38,514 nt of DNA. Source: a virus. Taxonomy: Duplodnaviria > Heunggongvirae > Uroviricota > Caudoviricetes. Positions 17,763 through 26,628 of this stretch are shown here, piece by piece. A program made the position numbers and the translations under genes. The notes beneath the pieces are model-generated. The model was not told the origin of the DNA and made no database searches. It saw only the letters and a list, made by a program, of their open reading frames with translations. Each line of letters begins with the position of its first letter. The stretch's first letter is position 1. The DNA lies in the IMG/VR virus record IMGVR_UViG_2595698887_000001; one strand, 5' to 3'.

Positions 17763-18407
17763 ATGTCATGGCCTTTTCTGATTTACTTAATTGATGTGCT
17801 CACCACTGATGGTACTTACAGTGGTTGGGGTTTCCTGATGTTCATCTTCGCCGTTTCATACGGGATTATGTATACATTCCAGAAGTGCTATGAAGAAACT
17901 GACGGTAAGGTACGTTATGGATTCTTCTTAGGTCAAAACTTGGTTCTTAACCAAGACTGGAACCACTTGAAGGCTGGGGAAACCATCGTTGTGACTAATA
18001 TTGACAATGATGGTACGTTAAAGGTTCGATATCCTAACGGGGAGTCCTCTAACTGGCTGCGGTTTTCTACAGTAGAGCAGATCTCCGCACAGCGACCTAA
18101 CCCTGATGCGCCGCAAGTGCCTGTTCGTGACCTGACCAAAGGACCACGTAAGATTGCAGTTGCAGGACTGATCGTTTGCTTCCTCGGTATTCTGTATGCA
18201 AACTTCATGCCTCAGAAAGAAACTGCGTACAAGATGCTGGCAGCGTATGTAGGTCAGAATGTGGTTGAATCACCCCGTACTCAGCAACTGGCAGATAGCA
18301 CAATCAAGTATCTGGACGCACAGATCAAGAAGTACACCGAAGAGCTTGATGCCACTGCTAAAGCAGAGCAGGCAGCTAAAGCCAAAGAAGAAAAGGAGTC
18401 TAAATGA
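17763..18407 (+). CDS. membrane protein
   Basis: 214 aa; several TM segments plus an SH3-like middle. Confidence 0.7.
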   Translation: MSWPFLIYLIDVLTTDGTYSGWGFLMFIFAVSYGIMYTFQKCYEETDGKVRYGFFLGQNLVLNQDWNHLKAGETIVVTNIDNDGTLKVRYPNGESSNWLRFSTVEQISAQRPNPDAPQVPVRDLTKGPRKIAVAGLIVCFLGILYANFMPQKETAYKMLAAYVGQNVVESPRTQQLADSTIKYLDAQIKKYTEELDATAKAEQAAKAKEEKESK

Positions 18408-18742
18408 CAGGAATCGCTGAACGCGTACTCCAGTCCTCAATCCGGGCGCAAGCCCGGACTGTTGATTCAGTCTTCAAGAACCTCGTAGAGGAAGTTGGGG
18501 AGCTATCGCGAGCACTAAACCGACCCTGGCGTTGCGATGAACCTGCAATTGGTGAGATTGCTGATGTTCTGAACTGTGTGATTGACTTGGCATTCTTACT
18601 TGAGTTACAGGACTGTATCAATCCTCGTGAGGATGATATGCCTGCAATCGTAGAAACAGTTCAACGTCGCCTTGAGCACTACGTTGATAAGAAGTGCGGC
18701 AAGTGGGATCGTTGTGAAAATGCAGATCCGGAGGCTTTGTGA
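18404..18742 (+). CDS. MazG-like all-alpha NTP pyrophosphatase
   Basis: LVEEVGELSRAL...EIADV. Confidence 0.7.
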   Translation: MTGIAERVLQSSIRAQARTVDSVFKNLVEEVGELSRALNRPWRCDEPAIGEIADVLNCVIDLAFLLELQDCINPREDDMPAIVETVQRRLEHYVDKKCGKWDRCENADPEAL

Positions 18743-18942
18743 AAACTGATTTCTTAGGCAATGAACTTGCAATCGGTGATAAGGTAGCTTTCACAGAGGG
18801 TGGTTATAAAAACATGCTCTTGGGTGAGGTTGTTGGTTTCACAAGGACCACAATCAAGATAAAGCACCTTTCAAAAACACGTTTTGATCATCGTGAATTC
18901 TGTAACCGAGAACCTGGTTATGTGGTGTTGGTGGGTAAATGA
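18739..18942 (+). CDS. KOW/SH3-like hypothetical protein
   Basis: DFLGNELAIGDKVAF. Confidence 0.65.
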   Translation: MKTDFLGNELAIGDKVAFTEGGYKNMLLGEVVGFTRTTIKIKHLSKTRFDHREFCNREPGYVVLVGK

Positions 18943-19277
18943 AACCATTTGAAAGTAAGCGGATAGCGCTTGACTTCGATGATACATTCACCCTTGACCC
19001 TGAACTCTGGAGCTTCTTCATAGGTCTAGCTAAAGGCCGGGGATTTGATGTTAAGTTTGTCACCTTCCGTTACATGATGGGTCCGAACGAAGATATCAAT
19101 TACTGGTCTGATAAGCTTGACACACCGATCATCTACTGCGATGGTGTTCAGAAAGCTACAGTCTGCGCTCAACAAGGGTGGATACCAGATGTGTGGATCG
19201 ACGACTTTCCTGTCCTGATCCCGATGAAACAACAACTCCAGGGGATGATCCTTGGCATAGAGAAGAACGGAGGGTAA
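18939..19277 (+). CDS. HAD-superfamily phosphatase
   Basis: IALDFDDT (DxD), VTFR, VWIDD. Confidence 0.75.
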   Translation: MKPFESKRIALDFDDTFTLDPELWSFFIGLAKGRGFDVKFVTFRYMMGPNEDINYWSDKLDTPIIYCDGVQKATVCAQQGWIPDVWIDDFPVLIPMKQQLQGMILGIEKNGG

Positions 19278-19278
19278 G

Positions 19279-19428
19279 ATGAAAGAGAAGCTGATATTTA
19301 AATTATGGGAGAAACTTTATGACCTGAGCTATTTTCTGTTCGGTAATCTCCCGATCACATACGATGTGAAGCACAAAATGAACATGGCTTGGATGAAATA
19401 TCAGATGAGCCAGAAGCATGGTCAGTAA
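19279..19428 (+). CDS. hypothetical protein (below cutoff)
   Basis: MKEKLIFKLWEK..., 49 aa; GGAGG RBS. Confidence 0.5.
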   Translation: MKEKLIFKLWEKLYDLSYFLFGNLPITYDVKHKMNMAWMKYQMSQKHGQ

Positions 19429-19444
19429 AATCTGATACCAGAAT

Positions 19445-19483
19445 AGCCCGTAAAGCTCACCAATCGAGTTCTACGGGCTTTTT
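19445..19483 (+). terminator. intrinsic terminator
   Basis: AGCCCGTA...TACGGGCT stem followed by TTT. Confidence 0.55.
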
Positions 19484-19552
19484 AGCATGTAAGGTAGGCG
19501 AACGTACACCATTTTATTAAAACCGCTCAGAAGAGCTTACAGGAGCTTTTAG

Positions 19553-20377
19553 ATGACCACAGTATTTCACACCACGGGTGTTCTTGACCACTCCAGGAAA
19601 CGCTTCGATATTCCGGATATCGAGATAGTCCTGAAAAAGATCTATGAAGACACAGAGCATCAGCTATCTTATCTTGAGTTTTCAAGTGATCCGGATGATG
19701 AGTCTGATTTTGATAAGCAAAAGGGTAAAGTGGAGTCAGAGCTTGAAGAGCTTAAAACATACGCAAAAAGCTCCGAGCTATCTGATTATCAGACTTATGT
19801 TGCTGATCTTGAGCGTCAAGTAGAGGCCTTAACGTGGAGTCTTATCAATGCTGCTCGTCGTGCAGATAATATGGCACACAACATTTTGTCTGTCGATAAC
19901 AAGATGGATAGGGCTGAGATTGCAGATGAATTCAACTACATAGTTGGTGATGCCACTAATGAACTTGGTTGTGATTTTGTATTGCGGAGGTGTCTCCAGG
20001 AGCGGGGATGGAATGAATGGCAACGCGATTACCTTGACAGCATAGTTCCAACAAGCACAATCATAGAGCTTCTTGTCCATGCAAGTACACCAAGCGATAT
20101 GATTATTGGTGTCGATAGCTGGATTGCCGTCGCTGGGGATCGAGTAACTCTTATGAATGGCAAGGATCGCCTACACCTGACGAAGGAATACGGAGAGATA
20201 GCCATTCATGCTGTCATAGATGGTGTTACGTCGTCGCTCAAGACCGGAGATATAAAGCATCTTTTCATGGACATTCTGCACCCAACGGATGAAGAGATCC
20301 AGATGTATGAAATGGCTCACCACAAGAGTTATGATATTTCTATGTGGAGAGATATTTTCGGTACGAAACCAAAATGA
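19553..20377 (+). CDS. hypothetical protein
   Basis: 274 aa; AGGAG RBS; last gene before the non-coding boundary. Confidence 0.65.
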   Translation: MTTVFHTTGVLDHSRKRFDIPDIEIVLKKIYEDTEHQLSYLEFSSDPDDESDFDKQKGKVESELEELKTYAKSSELSDYQTYVADLERQVEALTWSLINAARRADNMAHNILSVDNKMDRAEIADEFNYIVGDATNELGCDFVLRRCLQERGWNEWQRDYLDSIVPTSTIIELLVHASTPSDMIIGVDSWIAVAGDRVTLMNGKDRLHLTKEYGEIAIHAVIDGVTSSLKTGDIKHLFMDILHPTDEEIQMYEMAHHKSYDISMWRDIFGTKPK

Positions 20378-20418
20378 AAACTGTGTGATATTTGGTATGA
20401 TATTTGCCGGGATATTTG

Positions 20419-20432
20419 TTGATGGAAATCAA
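20419..20432. promoter_or_regulatory. FNR-consensus palindrome
   Basis: TTGAT-GGAA-ATCAA, a perfect TTGAT-N4-ATCAA. Confidence 0.45.
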
Positions 20433-20482
20433 AATGAAAATCGAAATGGTTTTCGAGATGGTTTTCCTTTCAGGTGTCCTGG

Positions 20483-20631
20483 TAAATCCATTTTATTGTG
20501 AGTTAAGATCTCAAACCCCCCGACAAATTATCTCAAATCTCCCAGAGCAACATGCTGATTGTTAAGGAAATTCACAGGCACGAATGCAGTAATTATGTCA
20601 AAATTCCAGAAATGCTAAATCCATTTTATTG
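20483..20631 (+). repeat. 16-bp direct repeat pair
   Basis: TAAATCCATTTTATTG at 20483 and 20616, each followed by N4-TTAAG. Confidence 0.75.
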
Positions 20632-20674
20632 GTTGTTAAGTCTGGGTACTCGATCACTTTTTCGATTTAGAAAT

Positions 20675-20850
20675 CGTATTTTTTCTATACCGCTCAAAAA
20701 ATTTTTCTCGGTAGAGGTCGGGTTCTCGATCGATTTTTCAAAATCGAGATCGTATTTTTTCTCGCTATCGAAAAAATTTTCGCGCCCGGTTCTCGATCGA
20801 CTTTTCAGTTTCAAAAACGTATTTTTTCTATAGACGCGAAAAAATTTTTT
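20675..20850. repeat. degenerate three-unit ~70-bp tandem repeat with A/T tracts
   Basis: CGTATTTTTTCT at 20675, 20751, 20818; GGTTCTCGATCGA at 20721, 20788; A-run/T-run junctions. Confidence 0.75.
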
Positions 20851-20904
20851 GGGATCAATAATTTTCTCACACACGCACACGCGATGTCAAGATAAATTTT
20901 TATG

Positions 20905-20953
20905 CGGAATGAGAAGCATTCTCATTTAGCTTTTTGAATGATAATCATTCTCA
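20905..20953. promoter_or_regulatory. two Fur-box-like sites
   Basis: TGAGAAG-C-ATTCTCA (20910) and TGATAAT-C-ATTCTCA (20939; 13/14 to the 7-1-7 consensus). Confidence 0.65.
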
Positions 20954-21010
20954 TTTGCAGAATGACGGGCACCCCCGGTGTTTTGTACTCCGGTTTCAAT
21001 GTTCCCGCTA
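20939..21010 (-). repeat. promoter-led element copy 1 (homolog of 30308-30379), possible ncRNA
   Basis: about 57/73 identical to copy 2 by manual alignment. Confidence 0.65.
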
Positions 21011-21017
21011 TGTCATA

Positions 21018-21045
21018 ATAATAGCATAGCCAGCCCCAGGATCAA
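21018..21045 (-). promoter_or_regulatory. sigma70 promoter facing non-coding DNA
   Basis: TTGATC-16-(TGC)TATTAT. Confidence 0.55.
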
Positions 21046-21223
21046 GCGCCTTTACAAATCTTTACAAATCTCAAAAGTCCGAACTACCGGCGATCCACCT
21101 TCCGACCAGGCACCCCGCCCGGTACGTTAGCCCCGCCTTTTCGCCGTGGGGTGGCGTTTTCTCTTCTGTCTGATAAATATAACCCAGGGCCGCACGGATT
21201 GCAAGCCCCAGGACAAAATATTT

Positions 21224-21415
21224 TTAATCCTCCCGGCTATCCCATAACACCGCGCCGGACTCACTCACCGCCTTTGTGCCATAGTAAAAACCGGACACGC
21301 TCGCACGTTCTGCAAAAGGCAACGGCACGATCCTAACCTGGGGCGCTCCGCGCTCATTCTCCCAGGTGTACAGGGTAACCATTGTTTCACTTGAAATCAC
21401 TTTTCCGCTTTCCAT
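21224..21415 (-). CDS. early hypothetical protein (divergent)
   Basis: 63 aa from MESGKV; GAGGTAAA RBS. Confidence 0.65.
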   Translation of the reverse strand: MESGKVISSETMVTLYTWENERGAPQVRIVPLPFAERASVSGFYYGTKAVSESGAVLWDSRED

Positions 21416-21445
21416 TCCGTTTACCTCTCTTGTGTGTGTCCCTAT

Positions 21446-21473
21446 ATAGTACACGATCCCCGCCGGGATGCAA
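21446..21473 (-). promoter_or_regulatory. early sigma70 promoter
   Basis: TTGCAT-16-TACTAT. Confidence 0.65.
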
Positions 21474-21518
21474 CCACACCCGGCAAAAAGATTTTTAAAA
21501 TATTTTTATCCAGGGGTA

Positions 21519-21547
21519 TTGACGGCATTTAGTAAAGCGTTTACTAT
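21519..21547 (+). promoter_or_regulatory. early sigma70 promoter
   Basis: TTGACG-17-TACTAT; AT-rich upstream. Confidence 0.8.
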
Positions 21548-21597
21548 TCATCTCATCAGGGCGACACACCGCCGCCCACACTCAAAAGGTAAAGCAA

Positions 21598-22128
21598 ATG
21601 GACACTATCGAAACTTTTAACTACTCTGAAAACGGCATTGATTTTACTGTTAACGTTGTTAACTTCAATGAATTTTCCGGGTTCGATGATCAATGGAAAA
21701 TGACCGACGATCACGAGGGCGGCGTGACGGTTCAAAATCCGCAAGCCTGCCGAAACTCTTACAAGTTCGCTATCCCGTTACAATACAGCCTCAAAGAAAG
21801 GATCGCACACCTGATAAGCCAGGGCGATGCTAACCCATCAGCTAACGCTTACAAGGCCGCACAAGAGGCATTAGAGCGCGATTTAAACGCTAGCGATTAT
21901 GGTTTCGTGGTAACTGCTACCGCAAACGGGATCACGCTCCTGGACGGTGAAACGCTGGGGTGTAGTTTCGATTACTCATATGATGATAACGAAACATTGA
22001 TCGACGCTGCAAAAGATGTTTACAAGGAAAACGGGATCGACGCTGAAGCCCTGGAAGCGGCAAAGAAAGCAGGCGCGGATCTGCTGTCTAATATCGACGG
22101 CCTGAAAAATATTTTAAAAGTAGCTTGA
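21598..22128 (+). CDS. early hypothetical protein
   Basis: 176 aa; AAAGGTAAA RBS. Confidence 0.8.
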   Translation: MDTIETFNYSENGIDFTVNVVNFNEFSGFDDQWKMTDDHEGGVTVQNPQACRNSYKFAIPLQYSLKERIAHLISQGDANPSANAYKAAQEALERDLNASDYGFVVTATANGITLLDGETLGCSFDYSYDDNETLIDAAKDVYKENGIDAEALEAAKKAGADLLSNIDGLKNILKVA

Positions 22129-22180
22129 TCCCCCGGTTCGGATCGGTTATCTTACTAACAAGCCGGGGACGCTCCCCGGC
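22125..22180 (+). promoter_or_regulatory. early promoter + leader hairpin
   Basis: TTGATC-17-TATCTT; GCCGGGGA-CGC-TCCCCGGC at 22162-22180. Confidence 0.8.
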
Positions 22181-22201
22181 ACTAACGAAAGGTAAAACAG
22201 A

Positions 22202-22498
22202 ATGAAAATTTCCGCTAACAAACAATTGATCGGCACTGTTAAAAATTATGTCAGGAATCCGTATGAGTTCGGCGGGTATCCTAAGATTTTGATCATGCGT
22301 GATGGCGGTTGCCTTTGTTCAAAATGCGCCCGTGAAAATTTCCCGCGCCTGCTGGAAGAGTTAAGGGATGAATGCGATCCGGCCTGGATGCCTGCCGGGG
22401 TAGATGTTTATTGGGAAGGGGCGGATCTGCCGTGTGATCACTGTAACACCCCGATCCCTAGCGCCTATGGCGATCCGGAAGATGACACCGAAGAATAA
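22202..22498 (+). CDS. early Zn-binding hypothetical protein
   Basis: GGYP...CLCSKC...CDHC...SAYGD. Confidence 0.8.
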   Translation: MKISANKQLIGTVKNYVRNPYEFGGYPKILIMRDGGCLCSKCARENFPRLLEELRDECDPAWMPAGVDVYWEGADLPCDHCNTPIPSAYGDPEDDTEE

Positions 22499-22507
22499 AA
22501 TTAATTG

Positions 22508-22537
22508 TTGACGCTGGCTAATGTCTGGGGCTATAAT
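22508..22537 (+). promoter_or_regulatory. early promoter
   Basis: TTGACG-18-TATAAT. Confidence 0.75.
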
Positions 22538-22588
22538 CTCCGGACATTGACAAGCGAAACAAACAACCACACTAAACGAGGTTACACC

Positions 22589-22918
22589 ATGAATAACTAT
22601 TTCAATTCCCGCGCCCTGGCCCGTACTGCTGCAAAATCAAACGGCGGCAAAGTGATCGACAACGGCACCGCCGCGCCTACTGGTAAACGCTGGGAAGTGA
22701 TCCCCGGCGTTATGGTGGAAGCAATCCAGGACACCGCCGATCAACGTGCTGAAATGGAACGCGCCCCGGTTGTTACTCTGGAAGTAAAAGCAGGCTATCG
22801 CAACCGCAAAGCGCCCCGTGTCTCTTATGTACACGACGCAAACGGCAAGCCGATCCCGGTGATGCACAAACGATCCCAGGTTGCCGCACGATTAGCGGCG
22901 CATTTAGCAAGAAATTAA
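22589..22918 (+). CDS. early hypothetical protein
   Basis: 109 aa from MNNYF; GAGGT RBS. Confidence 0.75.
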   Translation: MNNYFNSRALARTAAKSNGGKVIDNGTAAPTGKRWEVIPGVMVEAIQDTADQRAEMERAPVVTLEVKAGYRNRKAPRVSYVHDANGKPIPVMHKRSQVAARLAAHLARN

Positions 22919-22919
22919 T

Positions 22920-22949
22920 TTGACAAGCGCCGGGAATCCGGCGCATAAT
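22920..22949 (+). promoter_or_regulatory. early promoter with hairpin in the spacer
   Basis: TTGACA-18-CATAAT; GCGCCGG-GAAT-CCGGCGC. Confidence 0.7.
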
Positions 22950-22979
22950 ACCCAAACCAAACAAAACGAGGTAAACGAA

Positions 22980-23177
22980 ATGGCAAAGGCTCCACGTGTT
23001 AATAAATGGCTTTATGAAATCATCGTACAGGAAAGAACTTGTAACGGTTGGGAAGATTCTTGCGCCGAGGCAAATTGGTCTGATGCGGTAGCAACAAAGA
23101 AAGATTATCGCCGCAACGGGTACGAAGCCCGGATCATTGAACGCCGCACACCTAACCCGGATTATGTTGCAAAATAA
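22980..23177 (+). CDS. early hypothetical protein
   Basis: 65 aa from MAKAPR; GAGGTAAA RBS. Confidence 0.75.
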   Translation: MAKAPRVNKWLYEIIVQERTCNGWEDSCAEANWSDAVATKKDYRRNGYEARIIERRTPNPDYVAK

Positions 23178-23179
23178 AT

Positions 23180-23236
23180 TTGCAATCCTAAGCTAGATCG
23201 ATTACATTATAAATCAAGGCGGGAATGGTTCCCGCC
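23180..23236 (+). promoter_or_regulatory. early promoter + leader hairpin
   Basis: TTGCAA-17-TACATT; GGCGGGAA-TGG-TTCCCGCC. Confidence 0.75.
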
Positions 23237-23257
23237 ACACTGAAAAGGTAATACAAA

Positions 23258-23551
23258 ATGACTACCACAAATAAAACCACTACCGCCCCAGCAAAATTTT
23301 TCCTCGCTCGTATCTATTGCATGTATGACGGTAAAGAGTTCCCCACCGTGGATCTGATTGTTGATCACTCCCTGGAAGATGCAACCAACGAAGCCGAAAA
23401 CCGTTGCGCCACCGCTCACTATTCCTTTTCCGATATCGACGAAGTGAACGAAAGCGGTTATTGGTCTGATTGTGGCGCTCATGTTGTACGCGTTAAATCT
23501 GTAACAGAAATTAGCGCCGCCACCTATGAAGAGATAAAAAATCTCCTGTAA
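23258..23551 (+). CDS. early hypothetical protein
   Basis: 97 aa; AAAGGTAA RBS. Confidence 0.75.
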   Translation: MTTTNKTTTAPAKFFLARIYCMYDGKEFPTVDLIVDHSLEDATNEAENRCATAHYSFSDIDEVNESGYWSDCGAHVVRVKSVTEISAATYEEIKNLL

Positions 23552-23554
23552 GTA

Positions 23555-23610
23555 TTGACACCCCAGCGAGTAAAGCGGATAATTCTATTCAAGCCGGGAC
23601 GGTTCCCGGC
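23555..23610 (+). promoter_or_regulatory. early promoter + leader hairpin
   Basis: TTGACA-17-GATAAT; GCCGGGA-CGGT-TCCCGGC. Confidence 0.8.
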
Positions 23611-23630
23611 ACTGACCGAAGGTAAAGAAA

Positions 23631-24029
23631 ATGGCAAAGTTTAAAACCTCAATCAATCTGTATGACGCTGTGAACCGCCTGAAAGAAGTTTCACGCGAAA
23701 ATCAAACCGGGGATTTTTTCGTGGTTGTTGACTCCTTTGATTTTGGGCGTGATGTCAACGGTAACACGATCAACAAATACCGCGCCACGCTTCACCGTGG
23801 GGATCTGTTATCCGTGCAAAATGGTTACGCTGGTTTCGGGGTCACCGTCCTGGAATCTCCACGCCGCCGCGAACAATCCCACAATGAAGGGCAAAGCGCC
23901 GCGCTTTACTGGTTGGAAAAAATCGGTTATGATCTGGCTTATGAGTCTATGACTTATGCGCCCCACACCAAAAAGCAAGGCTATCGCCACGTTTACCGGG
24001 TAACGAACAATTATTTAAAGGGGCTTTAA
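23631..24029 (+). CDS. early hypothetical protein
   Basis: 132 aa; GAAGGTAAA RBS. Confidence 0.75.
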   Translation: MAKFKTSINLYDAVNRLKEVSRENQTGDFFVVVDSFDFGRDVNGNTINKYRATLHRGDLLSVQNGYAGFGVTVLESPRRREQSHNEGQSAALYWLEKIGYDLAYESMTYAPHTKKQGYRHVYRVTNNYLKGL

Positions 24030-24030
24030 C

Positions 24031-24174
24031 ATGTTTAATGTCGTGGTGATTAATAAGAAAACGGGTAAAAAAGTGGTGATGAATCGATCCCCGTTGTCAC
24101 ACGGTGAAGCCTGCGCTATGCTGTCAAAAATCACTCGTTACCCGTGGCGGGTTGAAAAAATAGAAAGTATTTAA
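24031..24174 (+). CDS. early hypothetical protein (below cutoff)
   Basis: MFNVVVINKKTGKK..., 47 aa. Confidence 0.6.
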   Translation: MFNVVVINKKTGKKVVMNRSPLSHGEACAMLSKITRYPWRVEKIESI

Positions 24175-24186
24175 AGGCGGTGTGAA

Positions 24187-24369
24187 ATGGTTGTAAGCAT
24201 GGATAACGGGCAAGTGTTGACGATCTTTAATTCTGCAAGCCGCACGATTGAGGACGTAAAGCAAGAGTCAAGCCAACGGATCGACAACCTAAAGATCCCC
24301 GGCAAGTTGTTAGATGATAGCTTGAAAGTTATTGCTATTTTTAATTCTTTTGGTAAAGAGGTTTTATAA
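24187..24369 (+). CDS. early hypothetical protein
   Basis: 60 aa; TAATG coupling to the next gene. Confidence 0.6.
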   Translation: MVVSMDNGQVLTIFNSASRTIEDVKQESSQRIDNLKIPGKLLDDSLKVIAIFNSFGKEVL

Positions 24370-24596
24370 TGAAAGTTAACAGTTTAGCGGCAAACCAGAC
24401 CGAGATCACAAAATCAAACGGCGATCAAGTATTTGTGAGTTATAGCACACCCGTAGCCGCGATCATTGGTGGGTTAAGTTATAAAACGGATCGAAAGTAT
24501 AGCGCCACCACTACGCGCCACGTTAACGCCTGGCTTGGGAATGGTGGGGTTAACGCCATAAGCAAACCACAAGATTTTTTCGATAATCTGATTTAA
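24369..24596 (+). CDS. early hypothetical protein
   Basis: SYSTPVA...YSATTTRHVNAW, recalled as a signature of a widespread small phage family. Confidence 0.75.
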   Translation: MKVNSLAANQTEITKSNGDQVFVSYSTPVAAIIGGLSYKTDRKYSATTTRHVNAWLGNGGVNAISKPQDFFDNLI

Positions 24597-24601
24597 ATGT
24601 G

Positions 24602-24640
24602 TTGACTCTTAATAGATAGGGCTTTAAGATAAGCCCTATC
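24602..24640 (+). promoter_or_regulatory. early promoter with a palindrome across the -10
   Basis: TTGACT-17-TAAGAT; GATAGGGCTT-TAAGAT-AAGCCCTATC. Confidence 0.75.
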
Positions 24641-24694
24641 AAGTAAGAGAAATAACCCGGCAATAATGCCAAACCAAACAAAAGGTAAATTATC

Positions 24695-25261
24695 ATGAAT
24701 AACAAAATCACTTTCAACGATCAAGACGTAGCCGTTTTTAACTTCCTGAAAGAAAAAGGAATTGAATTTAAAGCAGTACACGGCGGCGTTAACAACGATC
24801 CTAGTTGGGAAGCGGATCTGTTTTTCGTGTCTTTTGAGCGTAACGGCAAAATGTACCGTTCAGAATTTAAAACTGGTACAGGTCACCGCGTAGGCCGTCA
24901 TAGTGGCTTAACCTCTCAGGATAAAAAAGAACTTGATAAAGTTGGCGCACAAATCGCCATCGTAGATCAAAAGCACTGGACACGCGACGATTACAAGCGT
25001 AATGATAATAAAGCTATGTCTTTTGGTTATCGTGTTTACGTTGCGACACCTTGCGCCGCAAACGTGCTTTACTGCCTGCTGTCTGATATGTCTTTTGGTG
25101 ATGAAACTCATGCTGATTTTTGCGCTAATATGGGCTATGATGAGGACAGCCGCAAAGGTTTAGAAATGTATCTCGAATGTCAGAAAGTAGGACAGGAGAT
25201 CCGCAAAATCTTTACAGGTGAGGAACTGGAAGCCCTGCGCGAAATGTTAGAGGATTATTAA
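24695..25261 (+). CDS. early hypothetical protein
   Basis: 188 aa; LYCLLSD...DFCANMGYDEDSRK; AAAAGGTAAA RBS. Confidence 0.8.
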   Translation: MNNKITFNDQDVAVFNFLKEKGIEFKAVHGGVNNDPSWEADLFFVSFERNGKMYRSEFKTGTGHRVGRHSGLTSQDKKELDKVGAQIAIVDQKHWTRDDYKRNDNKAMSFGYRVYVATPCAANVLYCLLSDMSFGDETHADFCANMGYDEDSRKGLEMYLECQKVGQEIRKIFTGEELEALREMLEDY

Positions 25262-25264
25262 ACC

Positions 25265-25612
25265 GTGTTTAAAATCCTGTTTTTGGTGGCTGCTGCTGCT
25301 ATCTACTGGAAGATCCCCGCTAGACTATGGCGGGGAGTTCTCTGGATTTACTACGAATACAGGATCGGCAAAGTGTATCACTATATAGAATATAAGTTTC
25401 ACGGGAACCATTACCACACCCGGCGATCCGGGGCATTAAATGATCTTGAGGGTAACGGGCTATTGTGTGAGGTGAAAAAGCGAGGCGGCAAAATCACTTA
25501 TCACAAAGAAGGGACAAAAGAGCAGATCACCGAGATCATAGAGTGGCGAGCTAATGAGCTAGCAGAAAAGCAAGGCCGGGTCATTCAACATGTACACAAC
25601 AAACGAAAATAA
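25265..25612 (+). CDS. early membrane-anchored hypothetical protein
   Basis: 115 aa; hydrophobic N-terminus; GTG start. Confidence 0.6.
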   Translation: MFKILFLVAAAAIYWKIPARLWRGVLWIYYEYRIGKVYHYIEYKFHGNHYHTRRSGALNDLEGNGLLCEVKKRGGKITYHKEGTKEQITEIIEWRANELAEKQGRVIQHVHNKRK

Positions 25613-25626
25613 AACGAGGGTTCAAA

Positions 25627-25830
25627 ATGCGAAATATTGAGAAGATGACAAGCAAGCGTGATCGCCTGGCTTACGGTGAAGTAAACGAGCGCCGCCAACG
25701 TAACGACAAACTACACAAGCCGGAAAGGGTCGCTAAAACCTGGACGCCTGACCGTTATGATCCAAACCTTAATAAAAGGTTAGCGGATCGCAAACGTGCT
25801 TTACAGTGGCAAGCCGTACAAAATGACTAA
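25627..25830 (+). CDS. early basic hypothetical protein
   Basis: 67 aa; GAGGG RBS. Confidence 0.65.
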   Translation: MRNIEKMTSKRDRLAYGEVNERRQRNDKLHKPERVAKTWTPDRYDPNLNKRLADRKRALQWQAVQND

Positions 25831-25832
25831 AC

Positions 25833-25861
25833 AAAGGCCGGGATAATTTCCCGGCTTTTTT
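25833..25861 (+). terminator. intrinsic terminator
   Basis: GCCGGGA-TAATT-TCCCGGC followed by T6. Confidence 0.8.
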
Positions 25862-25862
25862 C

Positions 25863-26067
25863 TATGCAAAAAAGTGAATTTAAAGAGATCTCAGGCAAGC
25901 AATGCACTTGCCAGGGTTCGACGTTGAAGGGCTTAGAGAGGCTTACAGGAGCTTTAAAGCGGTATCACGACACCGCGCCACGCTCAAAAGGCCTTAAATT
26001 TAGTCACAACGTGAAACTATTTGCATATGATTGAATGGTTATGCAAAACGGTGAATATTGTAAAGAT
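25863..26067 (+). repeat. intergenic module 1 (ARG-box-like array)
   Basis: TATGCAA-N4-GTGAAT at 25863 and 26040; TTACAGGA at 25943; 18-bp boxes at 26010, 26030, 26050. Confidence 0.75.
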
Positions 26068-26079
26068 TTAATAATTTTC

Positions 26080-26107
26080 TTGCGTCCTGGTGTGAATCTG
26101 TTAATAT
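26080..26107 (+). promoter_or_regulatory. early promoter
   Basis: TTGCGT-16-(TGT)TAATAT. Confidence 0.65.
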
Positions 26108-26158
26108 TTAACACGTAGGGCGACATAGTGAAGCCCACACAAACAAAAGGTAAATATC

Positions 26159-26449
26159 ATGTGTAAAGTAATGAATGCTCTGACTAAAAACGCCCTCGAA
26201 AACAAATACCTGGGCAAAATGGTTTATCATAATTATGGTCAAATCGGGTTCGGTGTGGTCACCGGGATCGATGACCGTGATCCCACAAAATTACGTTTAC
26301 GCGTGAAGTTTACCCGCAACAATACCCCGGCGCATATCCAAAAATATGACAACCGGGCGGATCGGGTTCGTTGCCTCCTCCCTCAATCGATCACCGTGTC
26401 CCGTGTGCGTTATGAGGACTACAACCGCACAAACCAGATCAAAAAATAG
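26159..26449 (+). CDS. early hypothetical protein
   Basis: 96 aa; AAAAGGTAAA RBS. Confidence 0.7.
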   Translation: MCKVMNALTKNALENKYLGKMVYHNYGQIGFGVVTGIDDRDPTKLRLRVKFTRNNTPAHIQKYDNRADRVRCLLPQSITVSRVRYEDYNRTNQIKK

Positions 26450-26450
26450 C

Positions 26451-26478
26451 TTGCAATCTGCGCCGCTTATGGTATCTT
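26451..26478 (+). promoter_or_regulatory. early promoter
   Basis: TTGCAA-16-(TGG)TATCTT; leader GGCAATAATGCC also seen at 24659. Confidence 0.65.
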
Positions 26479-26525
26479 TATTCATAGGCGGCAATAATGC
26501 CACCACTTAAAGAGAGGTAAACAAA

Positions 26526-26627
26526 ATGTTAGATTATACAAACCTTTGGTGTGTGGCTGCTCTGGTATCTTTCATCGTTGCGGCCTGCTCTGTGGTCGCT
26601 ATCCATATCATTTTAGAGGATCGTTAA
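26526..26627 (+). CDS. 33-aa single-TM peptide
   Basis: MLDYTNLWCVAALVSFIVAACSVVAIHIILEDR; GAGGTAAA RBS. Confidence 0.65.
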   Translation: MLDYTNLWCVAALVSFIVAACSVVAIHIILEDR

Positions 26628-26628
26628 T

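Noticed and set aside
20576-20603. Second dif-like site (TTATGTCAAAA, 9/11 to the XerD arm)
   Set aside because: The corresponding XerC arm matches only 2/11
20552-20880. ORFs of 93 and 84 aa in the left boundary
   Set aside because: Low-complexity F/K-rich translations of A/T-tract repeats; no RBS
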